In this document: one piece after another, positions 9,441 to 18,821 of the stretch
How the letters are laid out: the number at the start of each line of letters is the position of its first letter
Position numbering within the stretch: position 1 is the first letter of the stretch
From: an uncultured archaeon
Lineage (GTDB): Archaea > Asgardarchaeota > Thorarchaeia > Thorarchaeales > Thorarchaeaceae
Direction: 5' to 3'
Length of the DNA stretch: 36,714 bases
NCBI GenBank assembly: GCA_964458565.1
Contig: CAYWJO010000035.1
Coordinates: forward strand, 1-36,714
Made by a program: the position numbers and the translations under genes
Notes under the pieces: generated by a model
What the model saw: only the letters and a program-made list of their open reading frames with translations
Databases searched by the model: none
What the model was told of the DNA's origin: nothing

Positions 9441-10298
9441 TTAAGTCAGAAGAAATGCTTGGATGAATGAAAATATCGCAGCTGTAATGACAACAATCCC
9501 AATGACAAATCTCAGACTTCTCTCAGATATGCGCTGTGCGATTCTAACACCTATTACGCAGCTCAAAATTGCAATTAGAGAATAGAAGAATATCCAAAAC
9601 CAGATTGTAACAACAAACTCCAGAAGTATAAGATATACCATGACAGTTATTGAGAGCATGATTGAAGTAGATATCATCGCTGTACCTACTGCTCGTAATG
9701 TGGGATAACCTAACAATATGATCAATATGATCACTATGTTCATAGCACCACCAATCGCAATTATTCCAGTAATAAGTCCTTGAAAAGCGCAGAATACAAA
9801 TACGAATAGCCCTCTCTGCTTCTCAGTTAAATTTTGATGCCATCGTTCACGTTTTGCAGGAGGCTGAACCTCTAATGGTGTAGGAGTAAGTGCATTTGGT
9901 CCATTTTTGGTTCGTACAGCTTGGATTATGAAAAGTGCCCCCAATATTAGATTGATAATTCCTGATCCACCCTTGAAAGCATCGGGAAACTGTAATAACA
10001 ATGGAAATGCTATTGCAGCGGCAATAAAAGCTACAGCTCCCGAAATTGCGCCCAATTTGAGCCCATAGTTAATTTCGATTTCGATCTTAGTCTTCTGTTT
10101 GTAGAAGATGGCTAGAAAAGTTGCTAGAACTAAGTCGATACACATACTTGCTAATAGAGATTCATGAAGAGAGAATCCACCGAACACGAAAAAAAGTGGA
10201 ACAATCAAAGGCCAAGCTGTAAGACCTATGACACTTGCTCCCAATCCAATAAGTATCCCAATTGGTATGCCAAGAACAAGAAGTAAGAGGGGGTCCAT
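9441..10298 (-). CDS. TauE/SafE (TSUP) family transporter (divergent)
   Basis: Two hydrophobic halves, G.ITGIIAIGGA...LLGY..LRAVGT motif; probable start at ATG 10298 (MDPLLL). Confidence 0.8.
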   Translation of the reverse strand: MDPLLLLVLGIPIGILIGLGASVIGLTAWPLIVPLFFVFGGFSLHESLLASMCIDLVLATFLAIFYKQKTKIEIEINYGLKLGAISGAVAFIAAAIAFPLLLQFPDAFKGGSGIINLILGALFIIQAVRTKNGPNALTPTPLEVQPPAKRERWHQNLTEKQRGLFVFVFCAFQGLITGIIAIGGAMNIVIILIILLGYPTLRAVGTAMISTSIMLSITVMVYLILLEFVVTIWFWIFFYSLIAILSCVIGVRIAQRISERSLRFVIGIVVITAAIFSFIQAFLLT

Positions 10299-10459
10299 AA
10301 GGCCTTGAATCCATGTGAGGCTAATATGTGTACCTCTCGAGGGGTGAAAATGCCTGAATAGTAAATGTGTGTACATGTTGTTATCTTGCGTAATCCTTTT
10401 ATCTGAGCGGAGGAGGATACGAGTCAGTTCCATTTAGATTCAGAGGTAGTGGACACAAA

Positions 10460-10789
10460 ATGGGCAAAGAAAAAATCATTGGTGCGCTCATATTCTTATT
10501 CGCGCTATTACTCCTCCTGTACTACACTTGGGGACTAGTAATTCTTCAAATGTTCCCTGATATTGGTGTCGGGATCAACACAACCTTTGGTGAAGGATCT
10601 TTCCTAGCCAATTTACTTAATCCATCTTGGGGATTCCTTGTAATCCTACCAATATGGCTTGGTGTTTTGCTAATCTCAATCATTGCCATGTGGATTGGTT
10701 GGACTATGATTACAACTCCAGCACCAGAGCCATTAGAGGATTTTGACTTTGATGAAGAGAAAGTCGCCGAAGACACGCCCAAAGAATAA
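10460..10789 (+). CDS. Small two-TM protein, DPM2-like archaeal family
   Basis: IG.LI......L.YYTW...(loop)...P...LVILP...MWIGWTMITTPAPEP pattern, resembling eukaryotic DPM2 and a conserved archaeal family. Confidence 0.6.
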   Translation: MGKEKIIGALIFLFALLLLLYYTWGLVILQMFPDIGVGINTTFGEGSFLANLLNPSWGFLVILPIWLGVLLISIIAMWIGWTMITTPAPEPLEDFDFDEEKVAEDTPKE

Positions 10790-10816
10790 TCGAGTCACCA
10801 GATAATTACAAAGCGA

Positions 10817-10860
10817 TGGGTCCTTGAAGGACCCAACTATCTACTTTTAGTTCTTATTTT
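10817..10860 (+). terminator. Hairpin plus T-rich tract after the DPM2-like gene
   Basis: TGGGTCCTT-G-AAGGACCCA (10817-10835) followed by CTTTTAGTTCTTATTTT. Confidence 0.6.
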
Positions 10861-11031
10861 GATAAAAGGTCATACTAGCTCGATTCAATGCCATTTCAGT
10901 GGTCAGTTCTGTATTAATATGACTGCGAATATCATTCATACCAAATAATTCCCCCATGACTCTCAACTACTCATTATGTTCCTAGCTCATGACTTAAGAG
11001 TAATTGTCTAGATTTTGAGATAGATTCAGCT

Positions 11032-11592
11032 ATGCCAATATTCCAACAAAACGCAGACAAAAGATACAAACAGGCGGCACGAAAGCTTGCTGAGGGACAA
11101 ATCGAAGAAGCGATTGAACAGTTGGACTCATTGCTAGAGGATGAGCCAAATCATCATAATGCGCTAGTCACCTTAGCAATAAGCCTGCTTGAGGTTCAAG
11201 AAAATCTCGATAAGTGCGACCAAAGAACCGTGAGAGCTTTTGAATTGTTGGACATGGCGGCTGAACTTAATCCTGAAGACCCGGTTCCTATCTTCAACAA
11301 AGCAGTCTGCTTGAGGAAATTGGGACTTCTAGATGATGCACTCGCAACTTTCGAAGAAGTATTATCTCTTGAAGAAAGGCATACTCTTTCCATCCTACAC
11401 ATGGCTGAGATCAATTACGAGCTGCAACGATGGGAGAAAGCAGTTGATCTAGCCAGACTTGCATTGATTCGAGACCCAGGTATCGAAGATGCCTTATTTT
11501 GGGTGAAAGATGCAATGATCAAAGGTGGAATAATTGAAGACGACCTCAACTTAGCCAAGGACAAACTTCCATCGAGACCTCCTTCAGGATAA
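11032..11592 (+). CDS. Tetratricopeptide repeat protein
   Basis: Repeated TPR-like helices (A.ELNPEDP...FNKAVCLRKLG..DDAL..FEEVL). Confidence 0.85.
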   Translation: MPIFQQNADKRYKQAARKLAEGQIEEAIEQLDSLLEDEPNHHNALVTLAISLLEVQENLDKCDQRTVRAFELLDMAAELNPEDPVPIFNKAVCLRKLGLLDDALATFEEVLSLEERHTLSILHMAEINYELQRWEKAVDLARLALIRDPGIEDALFWVKDAMIKGGIIEDDLNLAKDKLPSRPPSG

Positions 11593-11701
11593 ATTAATGG
11601 ATTTTCAATGGTCGCTACGTAATGCTTAAATGCTCAACTGAGCGGGTGGAATCGATTCTGTTAAGGCAGAACCATCTCTAACTAGTATACTCGGTGATTA
11701 C

Positions 11702-12112
11702 ATGTCATCTAAAGCAGCACCAATGTATCGCGGTCATAAGCTCGAAGACTTAGCTAAAATGAGTATGGATGAGCTTATTGAACTGCTTCCAACCCGTAGA
11801 AGACGCACTCTCAAACGAGGTTTGCCTTCAAGACAAAAGAAGCTTCTAACCAAGATGAGAGAGGCTCGCAAAGCTCTTCGTAAGGGTAAGGAAGTAGTTG
11901 TCAAGACTCACTGCCGTGATATGGTTATTCTTCCAGAGATGGTCGACCTTACCGTGGCTGTTCATAATGGCAAAGAATTCCAACGCTTCAAAGTCATCCC
12001 TCAGATGATTGGGCATGTGTTGGGCGAGTTCAGTGTGACGACTCGTCAAGTCAAGCATGGTAATCCAGGAATCGGAGCAACAAAGAGCTCTGCTTACGTC
12101 CCATTGAAGTAA
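11702..12112 (+). CDS. rps19: 30S ribosomal protein uS19 (archaeal S19 / eukaryotic S15)
   Basis: YRG..LE.L, RRRRTLKRG, KTHCRDMVILPEMV, HNGKEF, MIGHVLGEFS, VKHGNPGIGATKSS.YVPLK; GGTGA SD upstream. Confidence 0.98.
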   Translation: MSSKAAPMYRGHKLEDLAKMSMDELIELLPTRRRRTLKRGLPSRQKKLLTKMREARKALRKGKEVVVKTHCRDMVILPEMVDLTVAVHNGKEFQRFKVIPQMIGHVLGEFSVTTRQVKHGNPGIGATKSSAYVPLK

Positions 12113-12125
12113 TGGATTATTTGTT

Positions 12126-12170
12126 GAAGAAAAGGACTAATTATAGTCCTCTTCCTCATCATCCTTTTAT
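12126..12170. terminator. Hairpin/pyrimidine tract between convergent rps19 and the SBBP gene
   Basis: AGGACTA-ATTA-TAGTCCT stem-loop followed by CTTCCTCATCATCCTTTT. Confidence 0.55.
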
Positions 12171-15056
12171 CTAAGCAGTATCAACAACAGCGGTTCGCTT
12201 CATGCGATTCCGTATGTATCGAAGCCCTGCAAGAAATACACCAACAGCTGCTCCAATTTGTCCTAGCAAAATAACTAATTGAAGGACATCCAATGATGAA
12301 ATCACGGTATATGTACTAGTTGAAGACACAGCCCAATTACCTTCGCCATCAACCGCGAACACCTTGTATTGAACTGAAACACCTACATTCTGAGGCGAGA
12401 TTCCTGCAGTCCAATGAACTCCCTCTTGTGCCATAGTCACATTAGTCCAAGTACTTCCTCCATCAACTGAATATGATAATTTTGCCTGTGCTACGCCACT
12501 ATCATCGGTAATCGTAGCCGTAACAACAACAGAGTCCACCTCGGTTACTTCGGTTGACGGATCACGCGAAGTGACTATGTTGGGACCTGTATTATCCGCT
12601 GGAATTGTCGTATATGATCTAGTTGAGGAATAAACCTCATTGTTTGAAGTGTCGGTTGCCATAATTCTGTACTCTACAAGATTTCCAACAGCATAAGTTG
12701 GTATCACTCCGGTCCAGTTGTCAGCTAGAATGTTAATCATCGGGACATTCACCCAATTTTCATCATTTCTATGTTGAAGAGTCACTGTGTCAACATCTAC
12801 ATTATCTGTCACTATGGCACTGATAGTAACCTCATCTTCTTCAGTCGGTTCTAAGATATCACGCTCTACTGAACTGATTATAGGAGATATCATATCATTG
12901 GAAAAGCGTGCCAGGAAGGCATCCAAATCTCCATTATGAGATGAGTCATATGGAGGGTTTCCCATTATCGGGAAATCTGATGAATTCGTTTGTCCACAGA
13001 AAATAAGATCCATATCACTATCAAAGCCACATCCAATTCTCATTCTGTCATTTTCGCTTCCACCGAAGTATGTTGAATAAAGGAGTTCAGTGCAATCGTA
13101 GCTGATCTTTGAAATAAAACAATCAGTATTACCCCCATTAAAGGAGGAATCATATGCATTCATTACAGGGAAATCCTCAGATGATGTGGTTCCTGAGATA
13201 AGAATATTGGCTTGACTGTCGAGGAGAATACCTGTCACTTGTTCATCACCGGATCCTCCAATATATGTTGCGAATTCCAGAGTTGTGCCTTGTGGACTTA
13301 ATTTGGCAACAAAGCCATCTGCACCAAGATCCTCTGTATCCCCACCACCACCACTACTGGTATATCCAAAAACTCCTGGGGTTGTTGGGAACCCAGCCCC
13401 AGCCTCTCCTACAATGTATACTGCCCCATTGTAGTCTATTGCCATTCCAAATGCTCGATCGATAGCGTTACCCCCGATGTATGTGGAGAAATACATTGTT
13501 GTGGCAAACGTGTTTATTCTCATAACAAAGCAATCATATTGGTCTGTTGATTCAGGTTGAACAACACCATCAGTGACTGGAAAATTATCCGAGTCTGTAT
13601 AACCTGCGATATACAGGAATTCATTGTCATAGGGGTCGGTGTACAATTCAATCGCATATGCGGTATCATCCAAGCTACCATTCATTACAAATGACCAGTG
13701 AATAAAATCTCCATTAACATTCAAGGCGAATGCAAAACCGTCCCGGTCAGATGCACCAGGACTACACGGATTTTTAAAACCATTTACAATTGGGAAATCA
13801 TTGGATTCTGTAAATCCGGTAACGAAAACATGTGCGCCATCGATACCAATGGGTTTTAGCTCAAGATTAATTGCAACATCATCCGCAGAGCCTCCAACAA
13901 ATGTTGAATAGACAAGCGTATTGCCACTTGGGGTGAACCTGAGTACCACAACGTCAATTGCCCCGTTGGAACTCTCATTAAACGCACCTGTAGTTACAGG
14001 AAAGTCCGGAGAATTTGAATATCCAGTGACGTAGATGTTGTTATTAGGATCAACATCTACGTCAGTTGCCATATCTAGATTGATTCCACCAACATATGTA
14101 ACAAAGAGTATATTGCCGCCCCTATCGAACTTTGCAATAAAGATGTCTCTGAAGCCCCCAAATGTTTCATTGTAACCAGCAAGAAATGGGAAATCTGAAG
14201 ACTCGGTCCAACCCACCATAATTATATCATCATTAGCATCGATTACTAGTTCAAAACCTACATCTTCATTGGATCCACCGAGATATGTGGAGAAGAGAAG
14301 CGGGTCGATAACAAGCTTCTTTGTAGTATCAAAGTCACCAAGTTCAAAGCCATAATGGTTAGAATCAATGTGTTTAAAGTTGGCATCAATGGTTATGTCA
14401 TCTTGGAATACAAGTAACTCATTATCTGTGAGCACAGCCTTTTCACTTACTATCGTGATAGATTCATCGTTAATTTCAAGAGCGTCATGACCGATAACAT
14501 GGACTTTGATTAAAGATGGATCTGAACCTGGATAAACATGAAACTCGTACTTTGCCCCTCGTTCTGTACCTACATACACCAGATCTATGCCAGACCATAG
14601 GTTTCTATAGATGGCTCCTTCGTAAACTCTGACATCAGTGAATGTGCCACGATCACCCAAGAAGTAATTTGTATATTGACTAGATGGATTCAATCCAGCT
14701 GGTTTTACTCCTTTTGCATCCTCAAAGATTAATGTGATACCTTCTTTTGAGCCTTCCAACCAAAGAAGTATTTTATCTTCTGCAAAACCAATCATTCCAT
14801 CCGGGATGTGTCCATAGTATAACACCTCGGAATTATCGATTTGTCCTAAATTCTCATAGAAATGGCCCAATACATCTTGATTTTCCGAAGTCATTTTCTG
14901 CTGGACATCAGGTAATATTGCATCAGAGTCATTTTCTGCTAAGCGAGAACCCGACGTAGTTAGCGCTGACGGAATTATCAAACACATGGTCAATAGATTC
15001 ATCGTCAATGTTACAAGAAAAGCTATTTTTACAAACCCGGATGGCTTCATCTTCAA
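12171..15056 (-). CDS. Large cell-surface protein: signal peptide, SBBP (beta-propeller) repeats, two Ig-like domains, C-terminal TM anchor
   Basis: FYENLGQ N-domain, IDPLLFSTYLGGSNED, repeated (Y/F)ST(Y/F).GG..D...G.T.S.DFP units, two P.I....V.A..TD...V..V.L.Y modules, TM + RYIRNRMKR tail. Confidence 0.85.
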   Translation of the reverse strand: MKMKPSGFVKIAFLVTLTMNLLTMCLIIPSALTTSGSRLAENDSDAILPDVQQKMTSENQDVLGHFYENLGQIDNSEVLYYGHIPDGMIGFAEDKILLWLEGSKEGITLIFEDAKGVKPAGLNPSSQYTNYFLGDRGTFTDVRVYEGAIYRNLWSGIDLVYVGTERGAKYEFHVYPGSDPSLIKVHVIGHDALEINDESITIVSEKAVLTDNELLVFQDDITIDANFKHIDSNHYGFELGDFDTTKKLVIDPLLFSTYLGGSNEDVGFELVIDANDDIIMVGWTESSDFPFLAGYNETFGGFRDIFIAKFDRGGNILFVTYVGGINLDMATDVDVDPNNNIYVTGYSNSPDFPVTTGAFNESSNGAIDVVVLRFTPSGNTLVYSTFVGGSADDVAINLELKPIGIDGAHVFVTGFTESNDFPIVNGFKNPCSPGASDRDGFAFALNVNGDFIHWSFVMNGSLDDTAYAIELYTDPYDNEFLYIAGYTDSDNFPVTDGVVQPESTDQYDCFVMRINTFATTMYFSTYIGGNAIDRAFGMAIDYNGAVYIVGEAGAGFPTTPGVFGYTSSGGGGDTEDLGADGFVAKLSPQGTTLEFATYIGGSGDEQVTGILLDSQANILISGTTSSEDFPVMNAYDSSFNGGNTDCFISKISYDCTELLYSTYFGGSENDRMRIGCGFDSDMDLIFCGQTNSSDFPIMGNPPYDSSHNGDLDAFLARFSNDMISPIISSVERDILEPTEEDEVTISAIVTDNVDVDTVTLQHRNDENWVNVPMINILADNWTGVIPTYAVGNLVEYRIMATDTSNNEVYSSTRSYTTIPADNTGPNIVTSRDPSTEVTEVDSVVVTATITDDSGVAQAKLSYSVDGGSTWTNVTMAQEGVHWTAGISPQNVGVSVQYKVFAVDGEGNWAVSSTSTYTVISSLDVLQLVILLGQIGAAVGVFLAGLRYIRNRMKRTAVVDTA

Positions 15057-15192
15057 TCCTCTCTTTTTGCATCCTACGTTCTCTTCGTTGAGGAATATAA
15101 CTATCTGCGAATTGAGTTCCCTTGAGCATCAAACCACGATATTATCATAACCGCAGTGTCTTCGAGGATATAAATTCATTGATGTTGTGAAG

Positions 15193-15273
15193 AGTGTGAC
15201 GCCTCGTCAAGTCAAGCACGGAAACCCGGGAGTAGGAGCGACCAAAAGTTCTGTGTATGTTCCACTGAAGTAA
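15193..15273 (+). repeat. Diverged copy of the last 27 codons of rps19 (12032-12112)
   Basis: Translates SVTPRQVKHGNPGVGATKSSVYVPLK* versus resident SVTTRQVKHGNPGIGATKSSAYVPLK*. Manual count: 65/81 nt identical, 11 synonymous and 3 non-synonymous codon changes. Confidence 0.97.
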
Positions 15274-15407
15274 TGAGTGTTTTATCTTTGAGAAGGGTCA
15301 TTATGCATCCTTTTCTATTCTCTTTGTTTTAAGTAATGCTCATCACGACTTGGCTGTTTAGCAAAATAACGTAAATAATATAATGATAAGTTGATATAAT
15401 ATCGAAT

Positions 15408-15956
15408 ATGCATAGTGGGATACATTCGTTCGATATTGTCATGATTTTGTTAATTGTGTTTAGTGGGTTCAATTCAATATACACTGTGACAGGTGGTGAG
15501 GGTTTTATAGAAGCTACCGTAAAACCGTATGATTATGGTGGTGGTCGACGTACTGCAGGTGTGGGAGACAGGTATACAGGAAGATTCTCTGCGAATAAGT
15601 TTCCGATTGATTTCTTCATCATCGATCCAGAAGATGTTGGACCAAACTGGAGCTACTCGATAGATGCAGCTTATGAAGTACAATCAGGAATGAATGGCAC
15701 ATTTTACTTTGTGGTGCCGTATCCAGGAGATTGGCTCTTCATGTGTTATAATCCCAATCCAGAAAAGCAGACTGTAAGAATAGAGTATATAATTCGCACC
15801 TTCAGTGATGATGTTCAGGTAGGTATGCAGGTTTTTCTCTTCGAAGCACTTGTAGTAGGAATTGGAATGGGATGTTGGAGATATACGAAGAGAAGGGTGA
15901 GAAGAGAAAGAGAGACGGATATATTCAGGGATCAGAAAGATTCTAACGATATATGA
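15408..15956 (+). CDS. Type I membrane protein with GOLD/emp24-like beta-sandwich
   Basis: N-terminal hydrophobic stretch, IDFFIIDP...GTFYFVVPYPGDWLFMCYNPN..KQTVRIEY, C-terminal TM and basic tail. Confidence 0.6.
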   Translation: MHSGIHSFDIVMILLIVFSGFNSIYTVTGGEGFIEATVKPYDYGGGRRTAGVGDRYTGRFSANKFPIDFFIIDPEDVGPNWSYSIDAAYEVQSGMNGTFYFVVPYPGDWLFMCYNPNPEKQTVRIEYIIRTFSDDVQVGMQVFLFEALVVGIGMGCWRYTKRRVRRERETDIFRDQKDSNDI

Positions 15957-16036
15957 AAACGCGATAAAACAAGTTACAAATCACCATCTAAGAATTGTAG
16001 GGATTTAAATCACAAGATTTCGCTAACGCCATGAAA

Positions 16037-16086
16037 CAGGTGAAGCACGGCAGCCCAGGTATTGGAGCAACAAAGAGCTCTGCTTA
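16037..16086 (+). repeat. Partial copy of the rps19 3' region (left half)
   Basis: Translates QVKHGSPGIGATKSSA. 16064-16086 is a 23-nt exact match to 12074-12096. Weak similarity may extend back to 16016 (DF vs EF). Confidence 0.93.
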
Positions 16087-16161
16087 ATAATTCCACTTTC
16101 CATTTTTTAAGGAAATTATTTAAACCACGATTCAATATTATATGGCTAAGTCCATTAGGAC

Positions 16162-18531
16162 TTGAATGTGGGTAAGGAGCATAAGAAGTTGTTAAAAAAC
16201 AAACTATCTCCCGTTTCTAGGAAGTGGTCATTTCGATTCTTTGTTTTTGTCATCATTTTGTTGGTGGCTGGAATCCAGACAGGACCCTTCCAAGAGGAAC
16301 CGCAGACTGAAATCTTTGTAGAAGAGTGTTCAAGGTCATTCACTCAGGATTCATTATGTATCACTTTGAAGATGAGTAGTAATGCAAAGACTGCTATTAC
16401 TACAAAGTGCAAACTAATAATCCCTATTGAATTCGTAGAGAGAATGAAGTCCGACGGAGTCTACGAAGAAACACCCTACATGCTGAAAGCGACGAAGGGT
16501 ATCGAGAGCAATTGGTTTACAATAGACAATGGTCAATCAAAAGAATGTGTCTTTGAAATTCCAGTGAAAACACCTTTCATTGAGAGCGAATGGTATGACC
16601 TGATTATTACTTGGAATTCTTGGCAATTTCCTTTTGGAATGACTACAAATACACGAACTATCAGGATTACACCTTTTGAGGAAGTTGAACCAGAACCTGA
16701 GATGGTGATGGATAACGGATTTAGTATAGCATACGATCCGGATGGTGAGCCCAGGTATCCCGATATCAGGGCTACTGCAGTATCTCTGGTATATTCATCG
16801 CTATACAAGGGTGATCAAGCTCACGCTAGGATTACTGTTCGTAACTATGGTACAGGTTCAGGTACTCCCTATCTGAATGTTCAAGTAAAAGAACTATCTG
16901 GACTTTACATTGGCTTTGACAGGGGAGTATGGTCAGCATATGGGAATGGTGTTTCCGGAGGTTCTACTGTATCTCCGGGATACTCTAAGACATATGATTT
17001 CTATTTTGGTCCGATTCTCTATGACAGCAATCGGGGAATCTGGGCACTCAATGGTCGAAGAAGCTATGTCGATGCCTCAGTACAGACCATGAGCTACAGA
17101 ATCGCAACAGTTCGCGTAAAGAGTTATTATGGTGGCTCATTCTGGGCTACAAGGGAAAACTCATTCACAACGGACTTCACAGTGAGTCAACATCCAACAA
17201 CTCCACGAATACTGACTGCTGTAGTTGATGATGAATACTTCACATACAATCCTGCTACCTTCTGTGAAGAGGCAGTGGACTTTCCCTTAAGGATAGGAAG
17301 CCCAACATATACCGGACCACAGACCACGTTTGAGGCTCTGTTTGGCTTGGACTTCAGGTTCTATGATGTAGGTGATTACGATTGGCCTTGGTACCAGACT
17401 TGGGATATCAATAACTGGGAGGCACTTCAAGTCACAAGATCGGCGCTAGGTGATCTTCTATCTCTGGGTTGTGATTGGGTGTCAGCAGGTGTGAATATCC
17501 AATCAAGTAGTATCGAAGACATGGCAGGTACTATGCGAGAAAATCATGGTTTTGACCTTGGTTTGGGACTATTCTATGCATATAATGGACCTCGTGGAAT
17601 GAGCTATCAAAATGGAAATTATCATGAAGTCATTGGTGCATGGAATTGGGACCATTACAAGGAGTGTCTTATTCATGAGATATGCCATGGCTTTAGTGCG
17701 CGTCATGGTGACCAGTACCCTACAAAATTTGGACCGTATGAAGATGGTCTCACATACGTCATGGGGGGTGGAGATGGCAATGATTTTAATTCATGGACTC
17801 CCTGTTGGAGAATGAATCCACAAGTGGAAACGGAAATCAATGGTGAAGGGCATCTGAGACAATACAATGGCGCAGCACCTCCAAGTGGTCTGTATGGATA
17901 TGGACAATGGAGATGCTATGCTCCCTTTGGTCTGGAAACTCCCCAGTATCAAATCTACAGGCTCTCAAGTTCCTCGTCCTATGTTCAGGGTAACGGAGGT
18001 TCTCTGTTTACACGATTCAATGTGATTGAAGGACACTTGGGATCACCTGATCCCGTCCCAACTTGGTGGCGAGTGACTGAGGTTGACGCAAATATCGTCT
18101 ATCCGAACGTTGCTTATTTCTACGTTGCATATCACATGCAATGGAGTTCTGATCATTGGCCAACAGGATTCTCTCCTGCAAATGGTATGGACTTCTGGTA
18201 TGATATTGAACTGTATCACTACGCTAAGCAGATAATCTCCTCAGTGACCAATGTCGACATAAAAATCAACTCCGGTCTCACTGGAACCGTGACTAACTAC
18301 TATTCCCGCAACTTTCTATCGAATAACCCTCAATCGGGATCTGGTGAAGATATCACAAATTGCTACAGGCAGTGGGGTCATGCAAGAATAAATCCTATCA
18401 ATATCGCTGATGCAGACGGTAATGTCTACTTCTTAGTAGGGTTCTATGATTGTTGGAGCTATGACTGGTTGCAGAGACTAGATGTTCATCCACAATTTAT
18501 GCAGTTTGAATACAACCTTGGTACGTGGTAA
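16162..18531 (+). CDS. Secreted/membrane-anchored metzincin-like zinc metalloprotease with CARDB-like domain
   Basis: N-terminal TM FFVFVIILLVAG; PDI...GD...ITVRNYG module; HEICHGFSARH zinc motif and downstream YVMG Met-turn. Exact start uncertain. Confidence 0.7.
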   Translation: MNVGKEHKKLLKNKLSPVSRKWSFRFFVFVIILLVAGIQTGPFQEEPQTEIFVEECSRSFTQDSLCITLKMSSNAKTAITTKCKLIIPIEFVERMKSDGVYEETPYMLKATKGIESNWFTIDNGQSKECVFEIPVKTPFIESEWYDLIITWNSWQFPFGMTTNTRTIRITPFEEVEPEPEMVMDNGFSIAYDPDGEPRYPDIRATAVSLVYSSLYKGDQAHARITVRNYGTGSGTPYLNVQVKELSGLYIGFDRGVWSAYGNGVSGGSTVSPGYSKTYDFYFGPILYDSNRGIWALNGRRSYVDASVQTMSYRIATVRVKSYYGGSFWATRENSFTTDFTVSQHPTTPRILTAVVDDEYFTYNPATFCEEAVDFPLRIGSPTYTGPQTTFEALFGLDFRFYDVGDYDWPWYQTWDINNWEALQVTRSALGDLLSLGCDWVSAGVNIQSSSIEDMAGTMRENHGFDLGLGLFYAYNGPRGMSYQNGNYHEVIGAWNWDHYKECLIHEICHGFSARHGDQYPTKFGPYEDGLTYVMGGGDGNDFNSWTPCWRMNPQVETEINGEGHLRQYNGAAPPSGLYGYGQWRCYAPFGLETPQYQIYRLSSSSSYVQGNGGSLFTRFNVIEGHLGSPDPVPTWWRVTEVDANIVYPNVAYFYVAYHMQWSSDHWPTGFSPANGMDFWYDIELYHYAKQIISSVTNVDIKINSGLTGTVTNYYSRNFLSNNPQSGSGEDITNCYRQWGHARINPINIADADGNVYFLVGFYDCWSYDWLQRLDVHPQFMQFEYNLGTW

Positions 18532-18544
18532 CGTTTTGACCTTA

Positions 18545-18587
18545 TGGACAGGCTAAATCTTATAGTCTGTCCAACTTTTTCTTTTTT
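18545..18587 (+). terminator. Hairpin plus T-tract after the metalloprotease gene
   Basis: TGGACAGGCTA-AATCTTA-TAGTCTGTCCA (one G-U pair on the + strand) then ACTTTTTCTTTTTT. Confidence 0.7.
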
Positions 18588-18642
18588 ACTCAAATCAAAA
18601 TGAAGAGGTCTTGTGATATCATTCAAGTGTATTATTTACATT

Positions 18643-18717
18643 CGTACCATTGAAGTAATGGATTTTTTTGAGAAGAAAAGGAGTAATCACAGTCCTCTTC
18701 CTCATTATCCATTTATC
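18643..18717 (+). repeat. Copy of the rps19 terminal codons plus downstream intergenic sequence (right half)
   Basis: Ungapped match to 12097-12171, 65/75 nt by manual count. It begins exactly where the 16037-16086 copy stops. Confidence 0.95.
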
Positions 18718-18821
18718 AAAGAATTAGTCTAAATAACAGATTTTACCAAAATTGTATCGTTCTACATAAATTGATTAAAGAGGTCATCTACATCTATGTT
18801 ATTATTAGCAGAGAGAGTGTG

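Noticed and set aside
15131-16131. Shared 10-mer AAACCACGAT at 15131-15140 and 16122-16131
   Set aside because: Short, inconsistent in position relative to the rps19 copies and in orientation relative to the adjacent genes; may be chance.
12032-18717. Canonical integron, prophage or IS element
   Set aside because: No integrase, transposase, capsid or replication gene, and no clear attC-like sites were seen in the window.
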